This document shows, piece after piece, positions 10,241-19,264 of a stretch of DNA of 64,000 bases (the first letter of the stretch is position 1; the number at the start of each line of letters is the position of its first letter). Made by a program: the position numbers and the translations under genes. The stretch is from Dehalococcoidia bacterium (GTDB lineage Bacteria; Chloroflexota; Dehalococcoidia; Plut-88900). The stretch covers positions 2,336,001 through 2,400,000 of the forward strand of contig OZ240219.1 of the NCBI GenBank assembly GCA_965197645.1, given 5' to 3'. The notes below the pieces were generated by a model, which was not told where the DNA came from, ran no database searches, and saw nothing but the letters and a program-made list of their open reading frames with translations.

Positions 10241-10558
10241 ATGATCCGGGTAACCATCATCTACAACAGGACCGATTCCACTACCTTTGACTACGACTAC
10301 TACGTCAAGACCCACATGACCATGGTGGGCCGGCTCTCCAGCCCCGTAAAGATCGAGGTCGACAAGATAGGCCCCATGCCCGACGGCAGCCCCGCGCCTA
10401 TCCACTGTCTCGGGCACATCTACTACGAATCCCTGGATGCGATGGAGAAGTCCTCTACGCCGGAAGAGGCCGAAGAGCTCATGTCTGACATCCCCAACTA
10501 CTACAAGGGCGGGCAACCGACCATCCTCGTCAGCGAAATCGAAGACGTCCCCATTTAA
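10241..10558 (+). CDS. EthD family protein
   Basis: Motifs FDYDYYVKTHM and DIPNY...P.ILVSE. ATG 10241 follows GGAGGT. Confidence 0.8.
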   Translation: MIRVTIIYNRTDSTTFDYDYYVKTHMTMVGRLSSPVKIEVDKIGPMPDGSPAPIHCLGHIYYESLDAMEKSSTPEEAEELMSDIPNYYKGGQPTILVSEIEDVPI

Positions 10559-10573
10559 CCCCTTAGTAACTGA

Positions 10574-10724
10574 CTAGCACGCTGATGAATATGGGGTGTG
10601 CAGAGTCGCGAAGCCCCTTTGCCAGGAGATTGAGGGTGTCCCGCAGAAATCATTTTTTCTCTTTCCCCTCCTGACTAGGAAGGGGGCCGGGGGATGGTAG
10701 AAGAGTTGTCGAAAACCCTGCTAG
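10574..10724. repeat. MITE/REP-like dispersed intergenic element, copy 1
   Basis: Bounded by CTAGCA...TGCTAG. Shares ATGGGGTGTGCAG, GGTGTCCC, GGAAGGGGGC.GGGGGATGGT.GAA and GTTGT blocks in the same order with 43320-43489. Confidence 0.7.
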
Positions 10725-10742
10725 AGCAAGAGAGGCAGGCAA

Positions 10743-11777
10743 ATGGCTGACACAGAACAGCACTGGGAGTACGGCGTAAAGACGGCGGGCCATACTGAGG
10801 TATACGCGGCCTCCGGCCCGGCGTTACTCGGAGAGGGCGGTTTCAGGTACAGCGTATCCGGCGAGAACTGGGGCGACCTCCCCGATGGGTGGACCTACAA
10901 GGAAGCCACGGCAGTGGACGTGGACTCCAGGGACCAGGTTTATGTATTCAACCGGGGTACGTGCCCCATGATCGTCTTCGACTCGGCGGGGAACGTGCTG
11001 AGGACCTGGGGCGAAGGTGTATTCAGCAACCCCCACGGCGTCACCATCGCTCCCGATGATACGGTGTTCTGTGTCGACAACGGCGATAGCACGGTCCGGC
11101 AGTTCACCCCCGAAGGCAAGCTGCTCATGACCCTCGGCACGGCGAATAATCCAAGCGCCAAGATGAGCGGAGACCCCTTTTCTCTGCCGGCCCACGTGGC
11201 CTTCGATAAGAGGACCGGGGAGTTCTACGTGGCCGATGGCTACTCCAACGCACGGGTACACAAGTACACCCCCGATGGCAAGCTCCTGTTCTCCTGGGGC
11301 GAATCGGGCACCGGCGAAGGGCAGTTCAACATCGTTCACAACCTGACCGTTGACAGCAATGGATGGGTCTACGTGGCCGACCGGGAGAACCACCGGATTC
11401 AGGTGTTCAGTCCCGAGGGGAGGTACGAGACCCAGTGGGTCAACCTCTCCCGGGCTGCGGCGATCTGCATCGACGACCGGTCGGGAGAAGAGCTGGTCTA
11501 CATCGGAGAGTACTTCTGCGGGATTGCCACCAACGATATAGGCACCGATCTGGGCCCACGCGTTACGGTGATGAACACCAGTGGCAAGGTCCTGGCGAGG
11601 GTAGGCCGGGAAAGCTACGGGGCCCAGATGGGTAGGTTCTACTCTCCTCATGGAATCGCCGTGGACTCGAAGGGCGACATCTACGTGGCCGAGGTTTCCT
11701 GGAGCGACTACGGAAGCGTAATGGACCCGCCTCGCGAGCTCCGCTCGATGCAGAAGCTGGTCAAGGTGCCGGAGTAG
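10743..11777 (+). CDS. NHL-repeat protein, peptidyl-alpha-hydroxyglycine lyase-like family
   Basis: Motifs YVFNRG, NPHGV, YVADGYSNARVHKY and YVADRENHRIQVF. Confidence 0.88.
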   Translation: MADTEQHWEYGVKTAGHTEVYAASGPALLGEGGFRYSVSGENWGDLPDGWTYKEATAVDVDSRDQVYVFNRGTCPMIVFDSAGNVLRTWGEGVFSNPHGVTIAPDDTVFCVDNGDSTVRQFTPEGKLLMTLGTANNPSAKMSGDPFSLPAHVAFDKRTGEFYVADGYSNARVHKYTPDGKLLFSWGESGTGEGQFNIVHNLTVDSNGWVYVADRENHRIQVFSPEGRYETQWVNLSRAAAICIDDRSGEELVYIGEYFCGIATNDIGTDLGPRVTVMNTSGKVLARVGRESYGAQMGRFYSPHGIAVDSKGDIYVAEVSWSDYGSVMDPPRELRSMQKLVKVPE

Positions 11778-11779
11778 AA

Positions 11780-12889
11780 CTAGGTATCGAGGCCCATGAC
11801 CCGGGCCACGTTTCCCCCGAGTATTGCCGATCGTTCGGCATCGGTCAGAAACTCGCAGTGGACCCTGTACTGGTCCAGAAGCTGCCGGTAGGTACAGAAC
11901 CTGGCCACCATGGGCAGGTCGGTGCCCCAGATCAGCCGCTCGGCGCCGACCTTCTCGAGACACTCCTGGATAGTCGGTTCCGTTTCCTTCCACGGATACT
12001 CCCAGATGGCGCCCAGCTGTATCTGAAACAGGAGCTGTAGATGGCACTGGGGCGCTTTGAACACGTCCCATATCTCCTCAGGGAAGCGGATGCGGTTACC
12101 TTCCAGGAAGGTGCGCCAGGCCAGGCCGTGGGTTATGACTACGGGGACGTCGGGATAACGCTCCATCCAACGGAGGAGATGCCGATGCTGCTCCAGATAC
12201 GCCGGCTGCTCGGCACTAGTGTCACGCTCCCCGGCCCTGGACGTCGGCCCCAGGGTGAAGTAGACGGGGGCTTTCAAGGAGGCGACCGCCTCCCAGTACG
12301 GGCGCATCGGCCCGTCGTCCCAGGGAACGTCGAGGCCGCTGTCGTAGTAAGGCTTGGTGAAGTACTGGATTCCATAGTGGTCGCCGGCTTCAGCCTCTCG
12401 CTGCAGCTCCGCAATCGCCGCATCGGGGTCCCCAGGGATAGCCGACTCCGGCAGGTTGATGAGCCTCATAAAACGAGATGGGTAACGGGACACCACCTGC
12501 CGTAGGTAATCGTTGAGCAGTCCCAGATGGGGAGAGGTGTGGAGTACCGCCTTATCGACACCGATGTAGTCCATCTCGGCGATCAGCAGTTCGGGGGGAC
12601 ACTCCATGTCGTGGAGCATCGGCGGGAAGTACTGCTTGGTGTAGCTTTCACCCTGGTAGGACCAGGTGTACCCGTAGCGATTGTAGCCCCAGCTTACATC
12701 CCGCAGTTGGGACGTCTCCGGGTCGACCAGGGTATCGTTGTTCACCCGTGCTCGATCTCCCACCCGCCATGCCGGCTGGTGATGACCGCCCAGCTCACGC
12801 TGGACGACGCGCATCTTCTCCTCTAGGGAGGCGTAGCCCGCCGTCGATTTCATAGGTGGAAAGCTGTAGGCGTGACCATCGATGATCAT
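11780..12889 (-). CDS. Divergent amidohydrolase family 2 protein
   Basis: Motifs IIDGHAY, VVITHG, LIWGTDLP and ILGGNVAR. Confidence 0.8.
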   Translation of the reverse strand: MIIDGHAYSFPPMKSTAGYASLEEKMRVVQRELGGHHQPAWRVGDRARVNNDTLVDPETSQLRDVSWGYNRYGYTWSYQGESYTKQYFPPMLHDMECPPELLIAEMDYIGVDKAVLHTSPHLGLLNDYLRQVVSRYPSRFMRLINLPESAIPGDPDAAIAELQREAEAGDHYGIQYFTKPYYDSGLDVPWDDGPMRPYWEAVASLKAPVYFTLGPTSRAGERDTSAEQPAYLEQHRHLLRWMERYPDVPVVITHGLAWRTFLEGNRIRFPEEIWDVFKAPQCHLQLLFQIQLGAIWEYPWKETEPTIQECLEKVGAERLIWGTDLPMVARFCTYRQLLDQYRVHCEFLTDAERSAILGGNVARVMGLDT

Positions 12890-12954
12890 TCGTCTTTTCT
12901 CCTGCTCGTAGCCTTGATCCGACCGGAACTCTACGAAGGGTTAGACCTGGTGCC

Positions 12955-14595
12955 CTATCCGAAGCGCGATCTCCGGCCTTCCATGTTGGTATGCACGTCC
13001 AGCAGCACGGTCCTGCCATCCTCGTTCAGTTCCCGGGCCTTGATAAGGGAAGGCGCTATTTCCGAGGGCCGTGTGATGGTTATGCCCACTGCGCCCAACC
13101 CCTCGGCTATCTTGGCGTAGTCACCCGTCATCTCGGTGGCGCCGAATCGCTCTCTGGCCGTTGGATAGCCTCCCGGATAGGTGGACATGCCGCCGTTGTT
13201 CAGGACTACCGTCGTGATCGGAGCGTCTGCCCGGACCGATGTTTCGATGTCCAGTCCGGACATGCCGAAGGCGCCGTCCCCCATGAAATTGAGGCAGAAT
13301 TTATCGGGCTTTGCCAGCTTGGCGCCGATCATCAACGGGATTCCGTAGCCCAGGTGGGTGGTCTTGCCCCAGCCTATGTAGCTGTGGGGAATCGTGGCCG
13401 TGTAGAAGGGCATAATGGAGTCCCGGGGAGCACCGGCATCATGGGTGACTATGCTGTTCTCCCTGTCGAGGGTCTTGTCCAGCTCGCCGATCACCCGGTA
13501 GGTGTTGATGGGCACCTCATCGGACTCCAACAGTGGCTTCCACTCGGCGAGCCACTGCTCCCGGAGCTCTCCTATCGCCGCAGCGACCTGCTCCTGGTCC
13601 CGGCGTCCCCTATCTCCGATCTGGGCCTTGACCTCCTCGATCATCGCCTCTAGTGTCAGCTTGGCGTCGCCGGGTAGGCCTACAGAGACCGAGTAGTCCT
13701 TGTTGATGTCATCTATCCCTTCCACGTTATGAATTATCGTCTTTCCATTGGGAATGGACTGCCCATAGGGAGTTCGTGTCATGCTGGACCCAACGGCAAA
13801 CAGAACGTCCGACTCCTGTATCCATCGCCAGGCCGGCAGGGTCGTAGCCCCGCTGCCGGAACCCAGGGCCAGGGGATGACGTTCGTCGAAGGAGGACTTG
13901 CCCGGCATGGTGCAGTACACCGGTATCTGGGTAAGCTCGGCCAGCTCTTTGAGCTGTTCCGAAGCGCCAGAAAGCAGCACACCCATGCCCGACCAGATGA
14001 CCGGCTTTTCGGCGTTCAGCAGCAGCTTGACGGCGTCCTTGATGTCGCCGGAGGACGGGCACTGAGGCGACCGGCGGGGCGAATGATAGACCGATGCCTC
14101 CTCCGGGACCTGCTGGTCGCCGATGTCCTCAGGGATCTCGACGATTACCGGGCCTGGAGTTCCGTTGCGTAAGGCGTGAAAAGCGCGGCGCATCGCGCTG
14201 GTAACTTGACTCGGGTGGGTGATGATTTCGCCCCGCTTGGAGACGTTCTGGTAGGAGTGGACGGGCGAAAAGTTGGGCCGGACGGCATACTGATCGAGGG
14301 CCGGGCCCGCGGGAAGATACAGTATGGGAACGTTATCGGCGAAGGCCTGCGCTATCCCGCCCATCGAGTTCTCCGAACCCGGGCCTCCCTGGGTGATGAT
14401 GACCCCGAACTTGTTCCTATTGTTGACCCGGCTGAACCCATCCGCGGCCATCAGCGCGCCCCGCTCCTGTCTGAACATGATCGTGCGGATGCCCTCCCTG
14501 GCCACCACCTCAATCAGCTCGTTGGACGGGAAGCATGAAACCCACTCGACGCCTTCCTTCTTCAGGATCCGGGACACGGACTCCAACACGTTCAT
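12955..14595 (-). CDS. Thiamine pyrophosphate-dependent enzyme (acetolactate synthase-like family)
   Basis: RQERGA catalytic Glu, GPGSEN and the GDGAFGM...LNN TPP motif. ATG 14595 follows GAGGAGG. Confidence 0.9.
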   Translation of the reverse strand: MNVLESVSRILKKEGVEWVSCFPSNELIEVVAREGIRTIMFRQERGALMAADGFSRVNNRNKFGVIITQGGPGSENSMGGIAQAFADNVPILYLPAGPALDQYAVRPNFSPVHSYQNVSKRGEIITHPSQVTSAMRRAFHALRNGTPGPVIVEIPEDIGDQQVPEEASVYHSPRRSPQCPSSGDIKDAVKLLLNAEKPVIWSGMGVLLSGASEQLKELAELTQIPVYCTMPGKSSFDERHPLALGSGSGATTLPAWRWIQESDVLFAVGSSMTRTPYGQSIPNGKTIIHNVEGIDDINKDYSVSVGLPGDAKLTLEAMIEEVKAQIGDRGRRDQEQVAAAIGELREQWLAEWKPLLESDEVPINTYRVIGELDKTLDRENSIVTHDAGAPRDSIMPFYTATIPHSYIGWGKTTHLGYGIPLMIGAKLAKPDKFCLNFMGDGAFGMSGLDIETSVRADAPITTVVLNNGGMSTYPGGYPTARERFGATEMTGDYAKIAEGLGAVGITITRPSEIAPSLIKARELNEDGRTVLLDVHTNMEGRRSRFG

Positions 14596-14817
14596 CGCTT
14601 CCCTCCTCAATGCCTCAGTGCTATGCCCATTCAACCTGGCAACGGCTTGTCGAAAGCGTCCTGGTCGCCGGCCCGGACAGATCGGCCTTCGATGCTTAGG
14701 AGTAACAGTCGTCCGGCGAGGGACTTCTCCCCGATTACGCTACTGGCAATCATCGTCTTGATAGTCAAGTCATGCACTCGACTCGCGGGGCTAACCGCCG
14801 GAAAGTGTCCTGCCGAT

Positions 14818-15834
14818 CTATGGGATGGGCTGCCACCTGCGAAGGCCGGATCCCTCCAGCACCGATGGGTTGACGCAGGCAGTGGGCCACCGGCCGCTCA
14901 ACGCCAGCGCGATCTCCCTCCCAACGCGACGCCTCGACCCATCATCGAACCTGGAGGACGCCGACGCCACGTGGGCTGTCAAGGTAACGTTTTCCATTTT
15001 CAGCAACGGATTGCTCGGGTCGGGCGGCTCCTGCTCCAGCACGTCCAGCGCGGCGTGAGCAATGTCTCCCTCCTGCAGTGCGCGAATCAGGGCTGCTTCG
15101 TCAACCGTACTGCCTCGACCGGTGTTCACGAAGATCGCTCCGGGCTTCATCATCTTGAACTGCTCCTCGCCCATCAGCTTGGTCGTGCCACCGGTGCCCG
15201 GCAGATGGTTGGAGACGATGTCCGACTGGCGCAGCAGCTCCGGTAAGGTAGCGGGCTCCACACCGTGCTGGACCATCACCGTCTCCTTGACGAAGGGATC
15301 GTTGGCGAGGATGCGTAGCCCGAACGGTTTCATCAACGGGACGACCGCCCTGGGTATGTTCCCGAAAGAGATGAGGCCCAGGGTCTGTCCGTACAGGCGG
15401 GGATACCGGTATAGCTCCGGGCGACCCTCCGACCACCGGTCCTCCCGCACCATCCTGTCCATGAGCAACAGCCGGCGGTATGCGCCGAGGACCAGCACCG
15501 CCGTATGCTCCGCTACCTCCTGGACGAAAGTATCGGGGCAGTTGGTTACCGGAATGCCGCTGGAGGTTGCTGCCGGGACGTCCACGAGATCCGTGCCCAC
15601 GCTGCCCAGGGCGATGATCCTGCACTTCTCCAGCCCGTTGATGACCTTCTCTGGAAGCGGGCTGCCTATCACCATCACGGCGTCGGCGTCGCGGGCGCTG
15701 TTCAAGAACTCGTCGTCCGATTCGGCAGAGACTTCCACGATCTCCACGTCCATGCTCTCCAACGCTTCCATCTCCCGCGAGTAGTCTCCCGGTTTGTTGG
15801 GACGGCTCTGTGCCACGATCTTGTACGTCGCCAC
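14818..15834 (-). CDS. D-isomer-specific 2-hydroxyacid dehydrogenase (CtBP-like)
   Basis: Motifs EVAEH, FVNTGRG, AALDVLEQEP and TAHVAS; nucleotide-binding loop reads LISFGNIP. Confidence 0.88.
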   Translation of the reverse strand: MATYKIVAQSRPNKPGDYSREMEALESMDVEIVEVSAESDDEFLNSARDADAVMVIGSPLPEKVINGLEKCRIIALGSVGTDLVDVPAATSSGIPVTNCPDTFVQEVAEHTAVLVLGAYRRLLLMDRMVREDRWSEGRPELYRYPRLYGQTLGLISFGNIPRAVVPLMKPFGLRILANDPFVKETVMVQHGVEPATLPELLRQSDIVSNHLPGTGGTTKLMGEEQFKMMKPGAIFVNTGRGSTVDEAALIRALQEGDIAHAALDVLEQEPPDPSNPLLKMENVTLTAHVASASSRFDDGSRRRVGREIALALSGRWPTACVNPSVLEGSGLRRWQPIP

Positions 15835-15974
15835 GTTGACCTCCTGGGATACTCTTCCAATCCGGTGTCAAGCTCTGTTTATTCGGGTGCCCCTAGCTTA
15901 TGGCAACCCTAGGAGCTTGTCCATTTATCCCTTAGCCTTAAACCAGGGTCTGCCCACACTCCCGTCCTCCAATC

Positions 15975-16150
15975 TCATTCCGAAACGGAGCGCAGCGTAG
16001 TGAGGAATCTATAGTACTTGTCAGTAACCCACCGCGCGTAGGCAGCCCTATCGGATGGTATGCGCAATCCCGCGATTATAGGGCCCGCCAACGGAATCGG
16101 GCCGCAGTTTCCAACAACCCTGTTAGATTCCTCACTGCGTTCGGAATGAC
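15975..16150. repeat. Pair of inverted REP-like palindromic elements
   Basis: TCATTCCGA...AGTGAGGAATCTA (15975-16011) and TAGATTCCTCACTGCGTTCGGAATGAC (16124-16150) are mutual reverse complements apart from a short insertion in the left arm. Confidence 0.7.
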
Positions 16151-16315
16151 ATCCAAGGTGGATAGGTGGCGTGGTTCTAATGTGAACAGGCGCAACCCGG
16201 CCCAGATGGTCCCGATAACTGACCCAGGCATCGGGCATCCCTGGAAATGGAGCGTTGGATTCGCGGTTGGCGTTGAGGCCGCAGAGGGCGAGACTCGGCG
16301 GCAGCCTACCCTACC

Positions 16316-17947
16316 TTACCCCGCCGCCACAGCCTCCGAGCGATGGGCGATGTCCGCCAGCACGGCCCTGCTGGTGTTGCGTCCGGGCACGCCTGTCACA
16401 AAGCCTCCCGGCCAGACCCCCGCTCCCGTCAGGTAGAGTCCCTCCAGGGGTGTCCGGTAATCGTTGGCAAGGGGGTGGGGACGCGGCCCGAACAGGGTGT
16501 GGGGCAGCATTTCGCCGTGGGTGATGTTGGAGCCGATGATGCCCAGCTCCGCTTCGCATTCCACCGGACTGAAGCTGCGCACGTCCAGGATCCGGTCGGG
16601 CAGATCGGGCATGAACTCCGTGAGCGTCTCGATGGACCGTTTGGCAAACCGGTCTTTTTCCTCGGGCCACTCACCCTCGGCCAGATGGTAGGGAGCGTGC
16701 CAGATGTTCAGACTCATGATGTGCCTGCCCTCCGGCGCAAGCTGGGGGGATGTGACCGAGGGGATGAGACCCCAGATGTTTGGGTTCTCAGACGACCGAC
16801 CGGACATGGCTTCTACGGTCGATCTTTCGATGCTTTCCAGGGAATCAGCTATCCGCACCTGGCAGGTGGTAGCCTGCTCCTGGGTGAGACCGTCGGGTAG
16901 GTTGGCGTAGGTTGGGACGCCGTCCAGGGCGAGGGCCATCTTGAACGTGGAACCCCTCATCTGCAGCCGTGAGATATCGTCCCGCATCTCTGCTCCCACC
17001 GCGGCGTCATCCAGCAGGTCCCCGAACAGGGTCTTTGGGTTGATGGAGGAGATGACGATTCCGGCCTCGTGGACCGTGCCGTCCTCGCACTCTACACCGT
17101 AGGCCTGTCCGTCTCGATGCATGACACGGGCGACCCGCGTCCCCGTTTGGAGCGACACGCCGAAGCCCCGGCATCGATTGGCGATGGCATCGATAATCGC
17201 TCCCATACCGCCTATGGGGTGACCGGTGGAGCCGCGAAGAGGCATGCGCCGGAAGTCGCCGGCCGGAAGCGCTGTTGAGGAAGCGAGGGCGAGAGGCCGC
17301 AGCATCAGCCCGCACGCTGTGCCAGGGGATGACTGGGTCACCATGCCCGCGTTGGAGGCCAGCAATCCGAGCAGGGTGCGGGCCTCGTTAGTTTTCAGAT
17401 GGTCGTAGAGGATGTCCCGCAGGCTGCCGTGAAACACCCTCTCGAACAGGTCGCTGTCTGCTGCCGTCTCGAGGCCCGAGGCCATTGAGGTAAGTCCTGG
17501 GCAGGGCTCGAAGATCGACACTCCCAGCCGTGTCGCCAAGTCCTCCAGCGAGGCGATGAAGCTCCGGTAGCGTTCTCCCTCGCCGGGGGACAGCGCGTCC
17601 ATCTGGGCAGCTACACGGGACTGGTCTCGCCAGACCACGAAGGGACTCTCGGGGAAGAAGTGTATAACCGTGGGGTCGGACCGCTCGAAGCGGAGGCCTG
17701 CCTCGGTTAGCTCCAGCTCTTCGACCACCCGCCATTCCAGGGACCCGGGGGAGTTGGAGAAGCTGGCGGTGTATCCGGGGAAGAACTCGAAGCTGCCGCA
17801 GGGGCCTCCGAACACCTCCCGAGATTCCAGCACCAGCACTGATAGGCCCGCTTTGCCCAGGTAGGCAGCACAGACCAGCCCGTTGTGGCCGCCACCGACG
17901 ATTATGGCGTCCCACCGGCGGGACCCGTTGCGTCCTGATGTAGTCAC
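16316..17947 (-). CDS. Phytoene-dehydrogenase-like FAD-dependent oxidoreductase
   Basis: Motifs DAIIVGGGHNGLVCAAYL, GGMGAI, GSNITHGEM and LYLTGAGVWPGG. Confidence 0.88.
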   Translation of the reverse strand: MTTSGRNGSRRWDAIIVGGGHNGLVCAAYLGKAGLSVLVLESREVFGGPCGSFEFFPGYTASFSNSPGSLEWRVVEELELTEAGLRFERSDPTVIHFFPESPFVVWRDQSRVAAQMDALSPGEGERYRSFIASLEDLATRLGVSIFEPCPGLTSMASGLETAADSDLFERVFHGSLRDILYDHLKTNEARTLLGLLASNAGMVTQSSPGTACGLMLRPLALASSTALPAGDFRRMPLRGSTGHPIGGMGAIIDAIANRCRGFGVSLQTGTRVARVMHRDGQAYGVECEDGTVHEAGIVISSINPKTLFGDLLDDAAVGAEMRDDISRLQMRGSTFKMALALDGVPTYANLPDGLTQEQATTCQVRIADSLESIERSTVEAMSGRSSENPNIWGLIPSVTSPQLAPEGRHIMSLNIWHAPYHLAEGEWPEEKDRFAKRSIETLTEFMPDLPDRILDVRSFSPVECEAELGIIGSNITHGEMLPHTLFGPRPHPLANDYRTPLEGLYLTGAGVWPGGFVTGVPGRNTSRAVLADIAHRSEAVAAG

Positions 17948-18041
17948 GACGCGGGTCCAAGAAAGCTGTAGTTACATAGCCGCATCTGTTGGAGACCTGC
18001 CATTCTCGGAGCCTCCGCCACGAGCGCTTACTCCCTGTCCT

Positions 18042-19172
18042 CTAGATACCGTATATTCTGGCAGCGTTTCCGCCTACGAGCTTGGCCCGCTCCTCGTCGG
18101 TACACTCGGCCAAGGTCTCTTCGATGAACTCCTGAGACTTGGGCCAGGTGCCTTCCGAGTGAGGATAGTCGGAGCCCCACATGATGTTGTCCACGCCGAT
18201 GATGTCCCGGTGTTGGATCCCCAGGACGTCCTCCTGGAAATCGGCGAAGCAGTTGCTGCGAAAAACGTCGCTGGGGAGGGTATCGCCCGGCAGCCGGTAC
18301 CCGTCCCTGCCCAACGCTCGATCGTTGTAGCTGAAGTCGGTGCGCTCCAACCAGTAGGGGATCCAGTTGAGCTCGTGCTCGGCTACGCCTAACCTGAGTT
18401 TGGGGAACCGGTCGAACACGCCGCTGAGGATGGCCTCGGTGAGGGAGACCCGAACCCAGAAGTCGGCGTTGTGTAAGAGGAAGTTGGCGAAATCGAAGGG
18501 GTCTGTCAGGTCCCTGTCCCACCCCCGGCCCGGCTTCACCCGGGCGGTGGAGATGTGAAAGGTAAGGGGTATGCCTAGGTCCTGGGCGCAGGCCCAGAGA
18601 GGATCATATTCCTCGGACCGATAGCTCCTTGCGGCGACGTACTCGGGAATGGTCGCTCCTACGAACCCCAGCTTGGCGCAGCGCTCTATCTCCTCCACAC
18701 CCTCTTGCACGTCGTCGATGTTGATTACGGCCACGGCCTTGAGTCTTTCGGGGTTTGCTTTGCAGAAGTTGGCGGCAAAGTCGTTGTATGCCCGGTCGAT
18801 GGCTGTCAGGAGCCGGCTGTCCTCGACGAAGGGATACAGGAAAATGGTGAGACTGGGATAGACCAGACCCATGTCGAGTCCGTCTATGTCCATGTCTTTT
18901 ACCGCCTCTTCGCCGATATAGGCCCCGGGCCGGACGTTCTCCCAGGACTCCACCTGGTTCAGCTCCTCCGCATCCTCTAACCGCTGGCCCGGCTGGGCCC
19001 CCATGGCGAAGATATTGAAGTGGGGCATGCCATCGACGAACCAGAAGGGCCCCGTTTCCGTATCTCTGACGTTCGGCCCCCGTTCTCTAAGCTCGGGCTC
19101 AAGACCGTTCGACCATAGGTCCGGAGGCTCTACGATGTGGTTGTCAGACGAGATTATCCTGTAGTCGGCCAT
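18042..19172 (-). CDS. Amidohydrolase family 2 protein (paralog of 37448-38578)
   Basis: Motifs ISSDNH, LTFH, AEHELNW and WGSDYPHSE. Confidence 0.9.
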   Translation of the reverse strand: MADYRIISSDNHIVEPPDLWSNGLEPELRERGPNVRDTETGPFWFVDGMPHFNIFAMGAQPGQRLEDAEELNQVESWENVRPGAYIGEEAVKDMDIDGLDMGLVYPSLTIFLYPFVEDSRLLTAIDRAYNDFAANFCKANPERLKAVAVINIDDVQEGVEEIERCAKLGFVGATIPEYVAARSYRSEEYDPLWACAQDLGIPLTFHISTARVKPGRGWDRDLTDPFDFANFLLHNADFWVRVSLTEAILSGVFDRFPKLRLGVAEHELNWIPYWLERTDFSYNDRALGRDGYRLPGDTLPSDVFRSNCFADFQEDVLGIQHRDIIGVDNIMWGSDYPHSEGTWPKSQEFIEETLAECTDEERAKLVGGNAARIYGI

Positions 19173-19264
19173 GACGCACCCTCCTCTGTTGATCTACATC
19201 ATACCAAACTGTTCCAAACATCCCTAGGGGCCGCACTCACGGGTTCAAGCAGAGCACTCAACCG

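Noticed and set aside
14596-14817. Possible TPP riboswitch before the TPP-dependent enzyme
   Set aside because: No CUGAGA / CCUGA..UAAU..CAGCG core on the minus strand.
16316-17947. crtI / carotenoid biosynthesis
   Set aside because: No crtB or crtE neighbours; it fits the broad phytoene-dehydrogenase-like family of unknown substrate.
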